Assembly: GCA_976226885.1 (NCBI GenBank)
Contig: OZ320314.1
Location: 30,752,001-30,816,000, forward strand
DNA: 64,000 nt
From: Iphione sp. A-MEVVRFRX5
Taxonomy: Eukaryota
Direction: 5' to 3'
Shown here: piece by piece, positions 1 to 13,287 of the stretch
Numbering within the stretch: the first letter of the stretch is position 1
How the letters are laid out: every line of letters starts with the position of its first letter
Program-made: the position numbers and the translations under genes
The notes under the pieces: model-generated
The model's input: only the letters and a program-made list of their open reading frames with translations
What the model was told of the DNA's origin: nothing
The model's database searches: none

Positions 1-1188
1 CACCTTTATTCCAGAGTTTAGTTTTTTAACAAGACAGAGTTCGATGTGAAAGTGAAATATTCAAGAAAGACTTGGAAATGTAAAACTCGCGTTACAGTTT
101 GGCGGTAGGAAAATAACTTCACGAGATGAAAAGTAGACCTGCTTTAGTAGAGCCGTACCACTGAAAATATGGCAAATAATTTAAATTCTGTTTTCTCATT
201 ATGATATGATACGCTGACAGAACGTCACCTCTTCTACGCAAAACACTCAACCAGTCACACATCACGAGTGGCAGAAGGCTAATAATTAAGAAGTGATTAT
301 ATTAGCCGCGTTTAAGCCGACACAGGCAAAAACAAACTTATCTGAAGTAATTTTTGTTGGTATGGTCAGAACAAGTCATCTTTTAGAGGGAGTGATGATG
401 GGGTTATTTTTCATGGTGCATGATACAAAATGTCACTCGATAGCAAACAAAAACCTTAATCAGCGTAGGGCTCCTCAGAATTGCTAATACCTCCAAATTG
501 CTGATGCAGGCTCGGTACAGGTTTAATTTCCTTAATGAAATTGCGTGCAATCGAAGATTTAAAAGATGACCGTTTAACGCGAAGTCTTGCTAGAGACCTC
601 CAAAGTGAAATTAATCAGTAGCCTATAGCATTCCAGCCACCGGTATCTACTAAAATGAAAAAGAAACATAATACTAATAGGAAAAACATTTGAAAGGTGC
701 TCTAGATTTTCCGATGGAAATGAATTGCCTGCTGGAGTCAAGCGTCAGTTAAAATCACGGACCCCACTAACAAACACATGTCCTGCTTCGGTTTGGTCAG
801 GAAATCACATTAGGATATTGCTCTCCGAACAGTTTTTACTGAGGACATAAACTATGTACCTACCATTATAGAAGAACTCGCCGCCTAAAAGCGTGGTAAA
901 GATTTGTCAGCCGAGGAAGATAAAGTTTACTCCAATCAGGCTATACACGGGTTGACTATAAGAAATGGAATTCGGAAGAAGGACGGGATCGTTGGAGACA
1001 GAAGTAGGGAAAGATATATGATAAAGAAGGCAAGGACAGACAAGACGCACACAACGCTAGACCAAGATAAATCTGATATTGAACGTTTAAGTCGTTGTAA
1101 TTCATCAAAATGAACGCTGGGCGCACACTGTACAAACCAGGGATTTAAAGCAGAACAGCAGACAAAGAAGCGAAAGCAGAGATAAGCT

Positions 1189-1236
1189 GACAGACAGACA
1201 GACAGACGGACGGACGGACGGACGGACGGACGGACA
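1189..1236. repeat. Compound tetranucleotide microsatellite (GACA)n(GACG)n
   Basis: Read directly: gacagacagacagacagacggacggacgg...; it explains the SVRP/SVCL repeats in the overlapping minus-strand ORFs. Confidence 0.95.
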
Positions 1237-4200
1237 GGAGATAACATCGGCAATCAAATAACAAAGATATGATATACATACACATGTGTAAATATAGAAA
1301 AAAGGACAGGCAAAACTGATAGAAGAGAAACATTTCGAAACTGATGTATAACAAATATATCGCCAGAACACAGCTCCAAATCCAATCTCTATGGAATAAC
1401 AGGAAAATAACTAATGAGTCTAATAAACTCGCTTGATCACTCTACCATTTCCCACTCCTTGCTCCATTCCACCTAGCCACCCACCTGCATACCCACCTGC
1501 CCTCCCTGGTGCCAAACCCACCGGAGGTCTTGACAAGCTAAGCTCCTAGTAATGATTGATGTTGGCCTGCCTCCTCTCAGGGATGGTATTGTTTTAAGTG
1601 AGCTGACTGGGCGCTCACGGTGTTTATCAGTCGGGCGGACAGGAGGTCGTCGCATCCCTGATGATCAGTTAAGGTAGACCTTGGCTGAGCTCACAAGAAG
1701 ACTCAGGATAGGAACATTTCTTGCATTCCGAAAGGAAAACTTTGTATCAAAGCGAAGCAATTTTTTTATAATTCAGCATATCAAAGTATGAATAAGAAAG
1801 CGCAAAAGATTGCCTTGTTCTAAGGAATGAAGAGATATATGATAAAGGTGCGTTTTGGAGATTTCCTTTGTGTCCGATGAAGGGACACGCTATTCATATG
1901 ATAGATCACTCAGTGCGCTAGAGATGGGCTGGATGGGAGATAGAGGCTGATTCATAAAGAGTCTGAATTGATTTTTTTTTCCGATATGGAAAGGCAAAAT
2001 CACGACGAAGTAGAGGCCCAAAGTAGAAGTACATATCAATATTGACTGAAGGTCGTCGATGAAGCCCCCGATACAGTGAAAGGTATCGCAAGGAGGACCC
2101 CCTCCGTGGAAGCCGGCATGTAAATGGTAACAGCCACCCACGTCTAATGACCCTCCATATCAGCCTGCACATCTCCCCACTAACCGGATCTCTCTCCCCA
2201 GCCATTTTGCATCCAGTGGCATCCTTGGCGCCCAGAGACACGTTCGTCTACGTGGTATAAGACAATCACAGAGGCGCACGTTTTATAGTGACACAGCCAA
2301 CGGAAAGAATCCCACATCACGTTTTGCGAAGCGAAAAAAAAAATCACGGTACCCGTGTTTTAATTCCCTGTACCTACTGGGTTGTCTATTCTCCTTGCCT
2401 CCTGACTGGCATGTCATTGCCGTGACCGTTGTGCCATTTTTCTTCCAAATGTTCATTTTCTTCTCAATTCATAAGCTTGTACACAGTTTCGTTATACTTG
2501 CAACTTGAGACGAAGCGTAGAACCCCAGTATGACGTACAAACCCTCATTTCATATCATCAACGTAAGTACGCGTGCAGTCAGACTGAATGTGAGCGCAGC
2601 ATGCTCATTCCCTGCTGTAAATAAGCATACCATCGGACAGGACTGGCTGACCCCCCCTCCCAGGACACAGAATCTGGACCGTGACATTTCTGCTGCAGCA
2701 GCGGGTCCTGTTCTACGAGGAGCCCTGGCTCCGATTATCTTATTAAAGCGAAGATAGGCTGACAGGGCATCACTCACTAGAGCCTGGCCCGTGTACAGCC
2801 ATTGATACCAGGCGAAGGAAGCCAGTCCCTATGAAGATGCTCACCTTCCGCGACTGGCCAGGATATATTTCAATACCGAAAGCAGGTCTTCCCCATCTCT
2901 ATATAATAGTATATAGACTTCTATAAACTGACGCTGTTTGTGTGGAGGGACAGTTCTCATACACACCTAACATTCTCGAATTACACCGAGGAGAATGTAT
3001 AGGACGTCGCAAAGGTCATGAGTCCCTTACCCGTAAAGATAGGTCAGCCAGCACGTGAAGACTGGCGTTGTTCGCCTCGACAAACCATTGGCCTAGTAAT
3101 ATCGTCACGTGCCCTATCAAATACCAAGGTAAGATAGATTTGGCTAATATCCGGTCCGCTAAACGGAGAAGTGGCTTACTTTCAGTAATGAGATTCCCAT
3201 GACCATGCATTTCTTAAAGTTTTTTTTTTGGACCTGGCTATCCAATAGGCTAGTACGAATACAAATGTTCAATAGCATTCAAGAATACTACATTTTCGAG
3301 TGCTCTCAAGGGAGGGAGGACCCCTCTTAACGCTCAGAACGATCTTACCTACAGTTGTCATTTTCATGATAACAGAGAGATCAAGGGCGATAAGGATCTT
3401 GATATATGCAGGTGATCCCCTAAATTTATGATTTTAATATACAACATTTAATGTTAATGTATACATGCGCATCTTATATACTGTGATGAATGCAGTTTGT
3501 GGTCATTAAATTGGTTTGGACTATTCCAGAAGCAATGCACTATTTCCTATAGTATGTCAGATAGGTCATGCAACAAGCTTGAATCTATTCCAGCAGTGAT
3601 AAACTAACAGGCATTGTTTCAGATCAGTGATTTGACGACTACTTTCCCAGATCACTGATCCATCCAGCATTTGTACATGCATTGTACAAGCTATTCCAGA
3701 ATAAGTAAAAATTGTTGGATCATAGTAAACATTATGAAACATCATAAACGTGTCAAAAACATGAACACATTGATGTAATATTGTTTATTGTAAAAAACTT
3801 CCAGGCACTGCTGTATAAATGGAATAAAATTGAACCTGCACTTGAATTTGAACTCTAACCTGATACCTGTGTGGATTTTTCTTCTTGTCAAGACTTTCTA
3901 CCTCAGATAAAGATCATCACTAACTAGACCTCCACACATGCCACTACACACACATATATATATTCATATAAAATTTAAATCAATATATAGAACATCGACT
4001 TCTAAATGGGACCAATAACCTATCCAGAACTAATAGAGCAGATGTAATAATTCAACTCACTAGGTATCTTTAATAAATCTCCCTACAGGAGAAAAGAGAT
4101 ATTAAACATTGCTGAGGGTTGTGTGTGTGTGTGCCAGCTTGAAATCGGAAGAAAAACTACGGATCCTTGTAATATGTCGACCTATCTTGATTCGGCGTTT

Positions 4201-4328
4201 CGCTTACGGGCCCTAGAGCTTGTACACTAAACATTGGAAACAATCTTGCCCCGTCTGGGCAATTTTGGCATCGTGTCCTTTCACGGACACTCCCCTGGAA
4301 AGTAGCCAGCGGACAGAAGCAACAGTAA

Positions 4329-4667
4329 GGCCTTAAAAAAAAGTTCTGTGTTTCCGGTAACAGGCTGAAAAAATGTAGGGGCGGCAGGTCGGTGGTAAAT
4401 TTTTTTTTATTTCTCTTCTTTTCAATGTGAAATTATCCTCCCATCAACAAATCAATCTGGTAATATATGTTCTAATGAATATATCTTAATGAAATACATA
4501 TCAAAAGAAAGCTTATAGCATAAGGAACACAATGGTATATCATATGTGCTTCTATCCTTATTCACTGCTGAGATATTCATAAAACAAGAATAAAATAAAA
4601 ATTTACATTAGCACCAAAATTAGGGTCGGTCGGGTTACCGGAAACACAGATAATTTTTGTTTAGGCC
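4329..4667 (+). mobile_element. PIF/Harbinger-like MITE, copy A (339 bp)
   Basis: Left TIR GGCCTTAAAAAAAAGTTCTGTGTTTCCGGTAAC; the right end reverse-complements to GGCCTAAACAAAAATTATCTGTGTTTCCGGTAAC. Flanked by TAA (4326-4328) and TAA (4668-4670). A 3-bp TWA duplication is characteristic of PIF/Harbinger. Confidence 0.85.
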
Positions 4668-6257
4668 TAAGTCGATACAACCAATGACAACATTGTACAG
4701 AGTAGTCCCCATTCATGCAAATGTCAGAATTAGTATAGTGCTTTGAAGCTGATAATTATGTAATCTACTTGTACGTTGGTATTATATATATTTATAAAAT
4801 ATTGGCATGTTACTTCATGTAAAATCTTTGTACACGTATATAAGCGTGTAGTTTATCAATTTGTTCTTCTTTTGTTTTCATGAGTTAGGCCACCAGTTAC
4901 ATTGATCAATTTAATCGTCGTGTACAGAATACCACAGGGAGTAGCACCGCTAAGTGCTAAATATTGTGCATGCTACCTGTAACAGGGGAGAGGGAGCGAG
5001 ACATACTTATATCATCTATGAATATTTTACTACAGCGCACCCAGTGAATAGCGTGTATGTTATGTCGAAGGGTCTATTTAGAGAACGATGATGATGTGAT
5101 CCATGCCCATATTGTTCTCTGGCTTTAGTTAAAGCATTCGTCTATGCGGAACACTGTTAATATGCTCAATAACAACCCAGTGGGCACACAAAAATGTGAC
5201 ACTAGCATCTCACCAGGCAAACATATGAGAGGAGTTAAGTTAGTGTGGTCAAGAGGTCAGCCATATAGTGAGACTAGGAACCAAGAAAAGAACAACTCCA
5301 GGCTCGTTCTAAGAAAATGGTCTTCCCCTATATAATGCCCGATGCTCCCTCTTCAATCCCCGGTGTCTGGCTAGACCATCTAATTGGACTCCCAGGCAGA
5401 AGAAAAACTTCAGTTTGCAGGAACTAGCAGCACACAGCCATCTTATCAATCCCGCTCTTATGTCTCTATACTGAATTGTAGCCAGACGACCAAAAGTCGG
5501 GTACTACTTTTATGATTCAGCATGGATGAATTTACACTGAAGCAGCAAGCCACAAACTATGATTTGGGGCAATGTCATACCCATGTCAGAGAATGTATAT
5601 TTGCTGGTCCCTTTCCTAATAAAACTGAAGCATAAAATCTCTAAGGGACTATTGCACTGACAGTGGCAGCAAAGGGTCCACTCTGGGAAGCAGGCAGGAT
5701 GCTATTCAATGCTAGTGTTAGATAGCAATACCCTTGTTGAGATACATTATCGCCTCAGAAGTATATTTCCTCTAGGCGTCAAACCACCACACCCAGATGA
5801 GTAGGAAAATAAGTACCATACGGTACAACCGATTGCTTTTGTGGAGTACCACAGCTTAGCCATGGAGGCCATTCAATGCTAATTCCTTGCCCGACACAGA
5901 CTCTTTTAGATTCCAGCTCTCTATGTGGGTTTGACAAACCATTCTAGTTACGGGCAGCCCCATACCACAGAGACTGTTAAAACTGTGAACTCCTTGGTTG
6001 CTCAGTTTTGATGTTCGCCTGAACACCTTTCCTGTTGTGCACTGCCCTGTTTGATTCAGCATAACTAGGCTTGACTAGTTGGGGGTCCTCCCCAGAATTG
6101 GTCTGCCTCATTGGCGCAGTCTCCAATACTGCAAGTAGTAACCGTAACCATGGAATAGTTGGTGCATCAAAACTCTCAACCAATGTGGCTCCACTAGACA
6201 TATTAGCCTGCGTCTTGGGATGAATTTCCCTACCTGAACAGGCATGAGTGTGCACTA

Positions 6258-6402
6258 ATTGAAGTGGACCTGCATGCTTGATTGCAACATTTGACTAGTA
6301 CTTTTGAGCAGGAATACGTTGAAGGACAGGTGGGCCATCACCAATGCCTTAATGAGCATAGTATGAACTTTGACCTGTAGTATCCATTTGATTTTGGCTA
6401 GC
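6258..6402 (-). mobile_element. Possible decayed LINE (CR1/L2-group) ORF2 C-terminal fragment
   Basis: Minus frame reads LAKIKWILQVKVHTMLIKALVMAHLSF, resembling the post-RT L-x-R-I-R...L-Y-x-A-L-V-x-P-H-L-x-Y motif. Motif recognition only. Confidence 0.3.
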
Positions 6403-6645
6403 TAACACGGTTGGAGCTACATTGAACATTTCATAGATAAACGATACAGATAACTGATGCTGATACTTATTTGTAGGATAAACCCCCTGATAACATTAAC
6501 AAGATAACTCTGCATAATCTGGGGTGTATTACCTGTATCTAGAATTTTGAAAAATTTTTCAAGACTACCATCTCTAAAGTATTATAAAAGCCCTTTGCGT
6601 CTATGATGCCCCAGATATTGACTTATGGCTGTGTCATTATGCTTA

Positions 6646-6915
6646 GGCCCAAAAAAAGTTCTGTTTCCAGTTACAGGCGGAAAAAATGTAGGGTCAGTCA
6701 GCAGGTGCCATTTTTTTATTTTTCATTTTTTTTGCAGTGTGAATAAGTACACAAAGTAAGAAATGAAGATGTAAGATCATTTCTTCTGCTTCAATTTTAA
6801 TGAGATATATATCAAATGAAAGCTAATAATGTAAGCAGCAAGATGGTGTATAGTATCTATCCCTATTTATTCTAGAGATATTACAAAAGAAGAAAAAATA
6901 AAAAGTTGCTAGTGT
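6646..6915 (+). mobile_element. PIF/Harbinger-like MITE, copy B1 (right end missing)
   Basis: TTA then GGCCCAAAAAAAGTTCTGTTTCCAGTTACAGGCGGAAAAAATGTAGGG; the interior parallels copy A; no right TIR before copy B2 begins. The end coordinate is approximate. Confidence 0.7.
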
Positions 6916-6937
6916 CAGGTACACTTTCTTAGCCTTA

Positions 6938-7267
6938 GACCTAAAATATATCTGTGTTTCAGGTAACATGTAGAAGAATGATAGGGTTGCTTAGTAGGTG
7001 GTGTTTAAAATTTTTCTTTTAACTGTTAATGGGTCCTGAAAACAAGAAATATGTGTGGTGATGTCATTTGTCTTGCTTGTACCTTGGTAGAACATACATC
7101 AGATGAAAGCTAATGACATGAGGGGACACAATGGTGTATTGTATAACTCACTATCTCTATTCACTCAAGAGATATTTACAAAACAAACACAAAATAAAAA
7201 GTTACATTTTCACCAAAATGAGGGTTGGTCGGGTTACCAGAAACACAAACGTTTTTTTTTCTAGGCC
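6938..7267 (+). mobile_element. PIF/Harbinger-like MITE, copy B2 (330 bp)
   Basis: Left GACCTAAAATATATCTGTGTTTCAGGTAAC, right GGGTTACCAGAAACACAAACGTTTTTTTTTCTAGGCC; flanked by TTA (6935-6937) and TTA (7268-7270). Confidence 0.8.
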
Positions 7268-7680
7268 TTACTAATGTGTGATGCATAATTTCCCTGAGTT
7301 TGTCTATCATTCCATGTTTTCTGGACCAAGGGACCTAAAGTTCTGCAATTCGCAGGTCATGCTGTTACCATAGGCCCTTGAGACTGTATGATTTAGGAGA
7401 TGATAGTTGAAGAAACTATATAATTGGATATGATTAGAAACATATTTCTGTCTCTTGATCCCCCCAGCTCGGGACTAAGTAACCCGAAAACGCTAAGATA
7501 TGCAGATATGCACATTATGCACTACGGATTAAAGATTGGCCCTGTGCTTTTTCTAAGACAATAGTTATAGAACAAAGAGGTTACAAACATAATTATATCT
7601 GTGTGTTGTGTGCTGTATTGAGACCTCCAAGGTATGGCGTTTTACTGGGGGTGACAGAAAAACCTACACCATTTCTGTCA

Positions 7681-7860
7681 TCTCATTATCACTATGTCAG
7701 GGAACCTTAGATCTGTCTTCTTCATCGTGTTGAAGAAGGCACAGAGGTGGAGCTAACAGTGAAAACAATCAAGCTCCCTTCTGACATCGGCCACATTTGG
7801 CTTTCATTGGGTGGGATGAAACGGGAGTCCCTGTGAAAGGACTCGTTTTCATAAAGCATT
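7681..7860 (-). mobile_element. Decayed Penelope-like element, N-terminal/pre-RT fragment
   Basis: Minus frame NAL*KRVLSQGLPFHPTQ*KPNVADVRRELDCFHC*LHLCAFF...DIVIMR has three stops. It resembles the Penelope E-x-x-V-L-S-K-G-L-x-F-x-P-T...F-x-R-x-L-R-L-x-x-F-F and DIVIKPADKG motifs, but the two motifs are closer together than usual. Confidence 0.45.
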
Positions 7861-8206
7861 GTTGTTTGTGTAAGGACGTACCAGTATGTGGCATGGTATG
7901 GAATGATTACCCACTGTACAGCCAACTGATCCCCTATTTGTATTTCCGCGTTTATGATGTATTTGAGATGTTACTGCATTCCTGTGTGCTATGAAAGAAA
8001 AACAACAATTTGGTTTGGAGCGGTATGTACAAGGGGAGACCCGAGAGGAAGAAAAGAAAAGCTAATAAAATATTTTCAATGTTGAGTTTCTGGGAGCTAA
8101 CTTGTTCATTAGAATTAAGATACATGTACATCCTTCTAGACTCAACATATGCAGCGTTTCCTTTTATACGAAAGTCCACACCGTTTTGCCAGTATCTGGA
8201 TCTTAC

Positions 8207-8350
8207 CCCATCCCGTTGTCAATTGACAAGCCACTGTTGGGATCCCACGCATTGCAGACAATGGCCAAAGAAAACATGTTGTGCTGAGGCCTTTGTCCAT
8301 GAGGGAAAGGTCAGCGTGAATACGACGGCTGTCGACTGAGTGAAACGTCA
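8207..8350 (-). CDS. Candidate internal exon, unknown gene (144 nt, phase 1-1)
   Basis: Acceptor tctttttttcacag, donor G|gtaaga, only one stop-free frame: TFHSVDSRRIHADLSLMDKGLSTTCFLWPLSAMRGIPTVACQLTTGW. No family recognised. Confidence 0.25.
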
Positions 8351-11300
8351 CTGTGAAAAAAAGACTAAATGACCTCGGCCACCGACGCTTCTAGACGTGC
8401 ACTCCACCAACATCTTCTGAGAGTATCAATAGCTATTCACATAGGCGCTTTACAGCGGTCTCACAGGCTTAAGTAGCGACAATCGAGCCACCATACTGAG
8501 CGTCACGCTACAAGAAATGCTACCAAACCTCCAGGCATTATCGACTTCTCAGACGGAAGGACAGTCTATTGAGTACTATGGAAAAAAGAGGGGGGGGGGG
8601 TTACATAAAACCTGTATGGTTCTGAGGTCCTCTAGAGGTGGATAATGGACGGGTGCAAAGTTCGGAATCTTTCAATGAGAGGAGTTTTATATAGGAGAAA
8701 AAGGCGATGAAAACACACAGCCAAAATCACTTTCTTGAATTAAGAATGTCTTATTTTAAGAAAAATGTTCTTGACCCAAGGAAAAACAATAAAATGACCA
8801 GAGAACAATTTTCTATTACATAAGAAAATTGTTCTATGTCTATGTTTTGAGAATAGTGTTAGATATATTATTCTTCAGAAAAAAGTGCTTGTCTTGCCTT
8901 TTGTATTATTTTAATGATTTTGGGCTGTGCAGGGTTATAACGATAGCTTATAAGATGTAAGGATTTGGATGAAATGGTATGAGTAAGTTTGTTCAGCGAA
9001 GGAATGACAGAAGGAGTTGTGAAAAGTAATAATCACGCTCCACAAATTTCAGATCTCAGCAAGAAGACAGGTGGCCTGAGGCCGTTCTCCTTAAAAGAAT
9101 GGGATTGTAGAAAGAGATGAGACAGTGCGCATCAGAAAGCATTGGGTAAATGGATTGCAGGAGAGATTTCCGATGTATATGCAAGGGAATGCACCGAAAC
9201 GGAACTCATCTTCTACGGCCTACAGTTGTAATACAATTGACCCATTGCTGGGAGCCTCACACACTGTCCATGTTCACTTGTCTTGGCTGGAACCGCTGGA
9301 AATACTTCCAACCGCAAGACCTCTGTTAACTGGCAAAGCTGCGTTGTAGGAAAACGTATACCTTGTACGTAAGAGTTCATTAGGGAATAGATCTAACTAA
9401 ACATCATAGTATTATCATCTATGCTAGTTAAAAATCCAATAATGGATGACTGAAGCGAAGATGGTTCAACTGCAAATACAGGTCAAAACTGGCCTCCCAA
9501 TAGACGGAAATGGATGGAGATGCAAACACATTACAGTGGTCCCTATGTAACCGGCACTTTTGGTCCCTTTAGATTACATTGAATAATGGGTATTGTCAGT
9601 TTTTGAAACTATTTGTGTTGATTGTTCTGACTTTGTCCCCACAGAGTATGTTGCTTAAACGGTACATGTTGGTTATAAAGTTACTAGATAAGGGGGGATG
9701 ACCAATGTATACCTTTTTTACATGCATTGAAATGAGTGCAGATTACACCAATTTCCCGCAAATATAAGCCTGGTTTTGTCTGTTAACTTTCCCACCTCGT
9801 GAATTCCTGCAATTATAAAGTTAATTATAAATCATCGCTGCCGGAGCCTAGGTAGACGTTATTTACCTTCTACGTTAATAAAATCGTCAGAGGTATCGAC
9901 GAACAATAAACTACTGGGGTCAAAATTCAAATGCTCAGAAAGTAAGAAATCGGGTGGATGACAATAAATAATAGCCGTCAGATATCTTTCAGTGGCGGGC
10001 GAAACTTCTGCATTTGGAGTCCACCATATTTTATGATCATGGTTATCATTTCTGGTCGCCTTCCTTGTCGGAGACCAAGCTCACGTTACAATATTTTCAG
10101 TTCTGTTCTAATGTGTTTGTCATTTGCCCGCATGATACACAACGTCGAGGTCTTCAATAAAATGCCCGTAAAAGTTGAAAATGTATCAAATTGAGATGAT
10201 TTGTTCAATGGATTGGCTTGACTGTGCCAGCAAACTGAACAGAAAGCTAGTTCAATCATACAAATGTAGGACAATGTGTCGTTAATTGAATCATTGTCTT
10301 ACGTGCTCTGGCGATAATATGTGGCAGTGGTGCTGTTTAAAATATTTCAGAATTAACATGTTAATATGTTGATACTAATTCAATGTTCAGTTATCCATAG
10401 TTATCAATATACTGGCGTTAATTTTAGCAGCTGCATAAACAAATACTTCTAGACATCAAAACCATTCATCTTTTCATGTAAAGATCACGAAAAGTGTTTA
10501 CAACTAAGCACTTGTTTTTCATCTCATAAGGTTCAGCTTCAGGACATTCCCTCTTGCAGAGCATAAAATGCGAACGACCAGTGTGCATGTAAAAAAAGTT
10601 ATTCTGTTATCGACAATTATGTCCCATTATGCATGCTGCAAATCTAACACTAACCCGCCACCTTTGATGACCTCCTGATGACAAAGCACTTAACATCAGC
10701 GCGACATGCAAAGCAATTCTTTGTGTTACCTCAGCTTTTTTCACAGACATTTCTTAGAGCCGGTAGGGAGAAGGGATTGTGAAGACATTTTAATAAAAGA
10801 GGCGAATACAAAAGTAAAAGTCTGATCCTCAGTGAAGTAATGGAGGTTTTTTTAACGGCGTGCCTGTCGTGTGCACATGGCCAATTCCCACAAGATGATA
10901 CACAGGGGGAAAAGTACAGTTCTCACGAGGACATTTCTAATGCCACATTGTCATGAAATGTCATTTGTAAGCTGCTAAAAGGAAGGAAACTCTCTCTCAA
11001 TCTCCCACGAGAAGCCAAACAACATCTTAACGGTTCCCACAAAAGACTTTTCTACGTTTTTGTATACATGGTGTGCGAACATCTTTTATTGACAGGTGAA
11101 ATGCGCTGCATGATTAAGCTTATTACAATGCGTTTTATATTGGACTTTGTACAGGCGCGTTATATCAACATCATACGCGTTATTTGATTGGATGGAAAAC
11201 ATATTTGATAACAGTGTCGTAAAGATCATATATATTTTGGTATTTCAGATGCAGAGACTGTTCTACGCACGCCTCTACTGAATTTGGCAGGAGCTGTAGG

Positions 11301-11822
11301 AGAGCGAACCATTGATCTATGCGAGATAGCACTTGGACCAACACGCCATTCACGTGGGAACCTAAAGGCGCGGTGGGCATACCTCCCTTAGAATACCCTT
11401 CAGGAATGCTTATTAGTAATGATAGCTGATGGACACAGAGAGTCAGACACTAGGCCAACAAATGCCTTCCCAGGTGCGACAAAATAAGGCTTCACTCGAA
11501 TCAGAAAAAAACATCCGAGGAGTCAGCTTTACTCATCTTTAATTAGAAGCAGTACATTACTTAACTGCATCAAAGTGAAACATATTCCACTTAGGGGTAA
11601 CAAATACGTCGGCTCAAATACATGATTGAGGAAGTTTTAAACTTCTGTAATTAAACCGATTTGTAAAGCGTTGGTTTCACTTAAAAACGAAGACACCTTA
11701 AGCACATTGTAGGTGATACTGACCCGAAGCCCTACGCTGTAAACCACCATCAGAGAACGTGACTTTATTTTCGTCAAGATGAACCAGTTCAGCTCCATCT
11801 ATGGGCAGCTTTTCTGCTGCAG

Positions 11823-11990
11823 TTGTCCCGGTGGCTTTAACGGCATTCGCTGCGACAACCGCACAGGCACCGTCCTGCCCTACCCAATCCTGGCCAAATC
11901 GTCCTACCTGTGGGTGGCCGGGGTGCTTTGTGTCCTCATCCTCTCCATTGTCACCGTTTTCGGAGCCATCTACTGCTGCAGGAGACGCAG
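11823..11990 (+). CDS. Internal exon of an EGF-domain type I membrane protein (EGFR-ligand/neuregulin-like precursor): EGF C5-C6, stalk, TM helix, basic stop-transfer
   Basis: Acceptor gcttttctgctgcag, donor AG|gtaagt, 168 nt, phase 2-2. Encodes CPGGFNGIRC (EGF C-x-x-G-F-x-G-x-R-C), DNRTGTVLPYPILAKSS, a hydrophobic stretch YLWVAGVLCVLILSIVTVFGAIY and CCRRR. An intron between EGF Cys4 and Cys5 is the known layout of EGFR ligand genes. Confidence 0.85.
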
Positions 11991-12778
11991 GTAAGTCCTC
12001 ATATCCCTGCAGAATATCAACCCCAATCGATCCATTGTTAGGGAAGGCTTTCAGAGTTTGGAGGAATAAACGAATGTCTGTGAGAATGTATGTTCAGGAG
12101 CAACAAGAAGCATTTGCGCATAAGGAAGTTGATTTATCGAAAGAGGTTTCGTGGAGAGTACTGTAAGAGGAAAACGTCCAATATTGGGGCAAAGGGAAGT
12201 TTAATGTGAATTTTACAGGAGAGGCAACATCAGTAGAACAAATGCAGCAAACAATTGCTGATGAATGTATGAACATAAACATAGTTATCTCAGGTTTGTG
12301 TTGCTGCTCAACACCAGCTACATTTCACTTTCACAACCACTCAAGGGTTCTTGTACACAAATCAATTTGATTAGGACAGTTTAACACTTGGATTCTCTTG
12401 AACCCTGACTGTGTTCATGATGGGCAAGTTTGTAAATTACGTGTACAACGTCAAGTACAATAAGCTTTTATTGCGTTCTATTATTTCCAACTTGAAATAT
12501 AAAATGTATGGTTACCTTGTCGATTTTGATTAAGCTCACTTTATAAAACAGAAAACTACTAGAATACATTATTCATATTCGCACATTTGATACTTCTATA
12601 CCAAAAATGTCTTTTATATGAAATATGAGTCATGCCCACAGTAATATAATTTAGACGGACGGATTTGTTTAGCTTGGGATGATACACTTTAAATGGGATG
12701 CATATTCAAGTCCCCTTGAATATTTCTGGGAGAAAAGACACCAGTGGTGTGGACGGTAGGTATGCTGTCAACAGGTAA

Positions 12779-13077
12779 GGTCTTAAAAAAATATCTGTGT
12801 TTCCGGTAACCGACTGACCCTGATTGTAGTGCAAATGGAAATATTATTATTATTCTTGTTTTGTGCATATCTCTGGAATGGTAATGATAGAGACTCATAC
12901 AATACATTCATGTGTTCTTTGGACCATAAGCTTTCATATAAAATAAATATTGTTTTAAAATCCAAGTATTAGAAGCAACATTTTCACAGCAAGATTCGTT
13001 AGATGAAAAAATATGGACACCGACCCAGCAACCCTAGATTTTTTCACCATGTTAATGGAAAAAGATTTTTTTATGTC
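12779..13077 (-). mobile_element. PIF/Harbinger-like MITE, copy C (opposite orientation to A and B)
   Basis: Begins GGTCTTAAAAAAATATCTGTGTTTCCGGTAACCGACTGACCC, matching the reverse complement of the right end of copy A. Ends in a degenerate left TIR (...AAAGATTTTTTTATGTC). Flanked by TAA (12776-12778) and TAA (13078-13080). Confidence 0.75.
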
Positions 13078-13240
13078 TAAGAAACTTGCAATGATAATTA
13101 CTTGAACTGTTAATTTTTGGTCACGATTGATAAATAAGTAAAATTATGTATCAGTTAGAGGATACAAAAAACACCACACAAAGGAGGGGATTAAACACTA
13201 ACTAACATTAAATGTCACATCCATGTTCATTAGTATCACC

Positions 13241-13287
13241 ACCATGGCCTGGTGAGACTACCCAGTCGAAACCGAAGTAACCTGTGA
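13241..13287 (+). ncRNA. Degenerate type I hammerhead ribozyme motif (Penelope/retrozyme-like)
   Basis: CUGGUGA-GACU accc AGUC-GAAAC cgaa GUA: core with A6 changed to G, perfect 4-bp stem II, 2-bp stem III, GUA cleavage triplet. Stem I is poorly paired. About 60 nt upstream is a ...GLNTN* frame reminiscent of the GIY-YIG C-terminus. Confidence 0.45.

Noticed and set aside
3622-3660. Perfect 10-bp inverted repeat GATCAGTGAT/ATCACTGATC
   Set aside because: An isolated hairpin with no duplication or context; plausible by chance or as old MITE debris.
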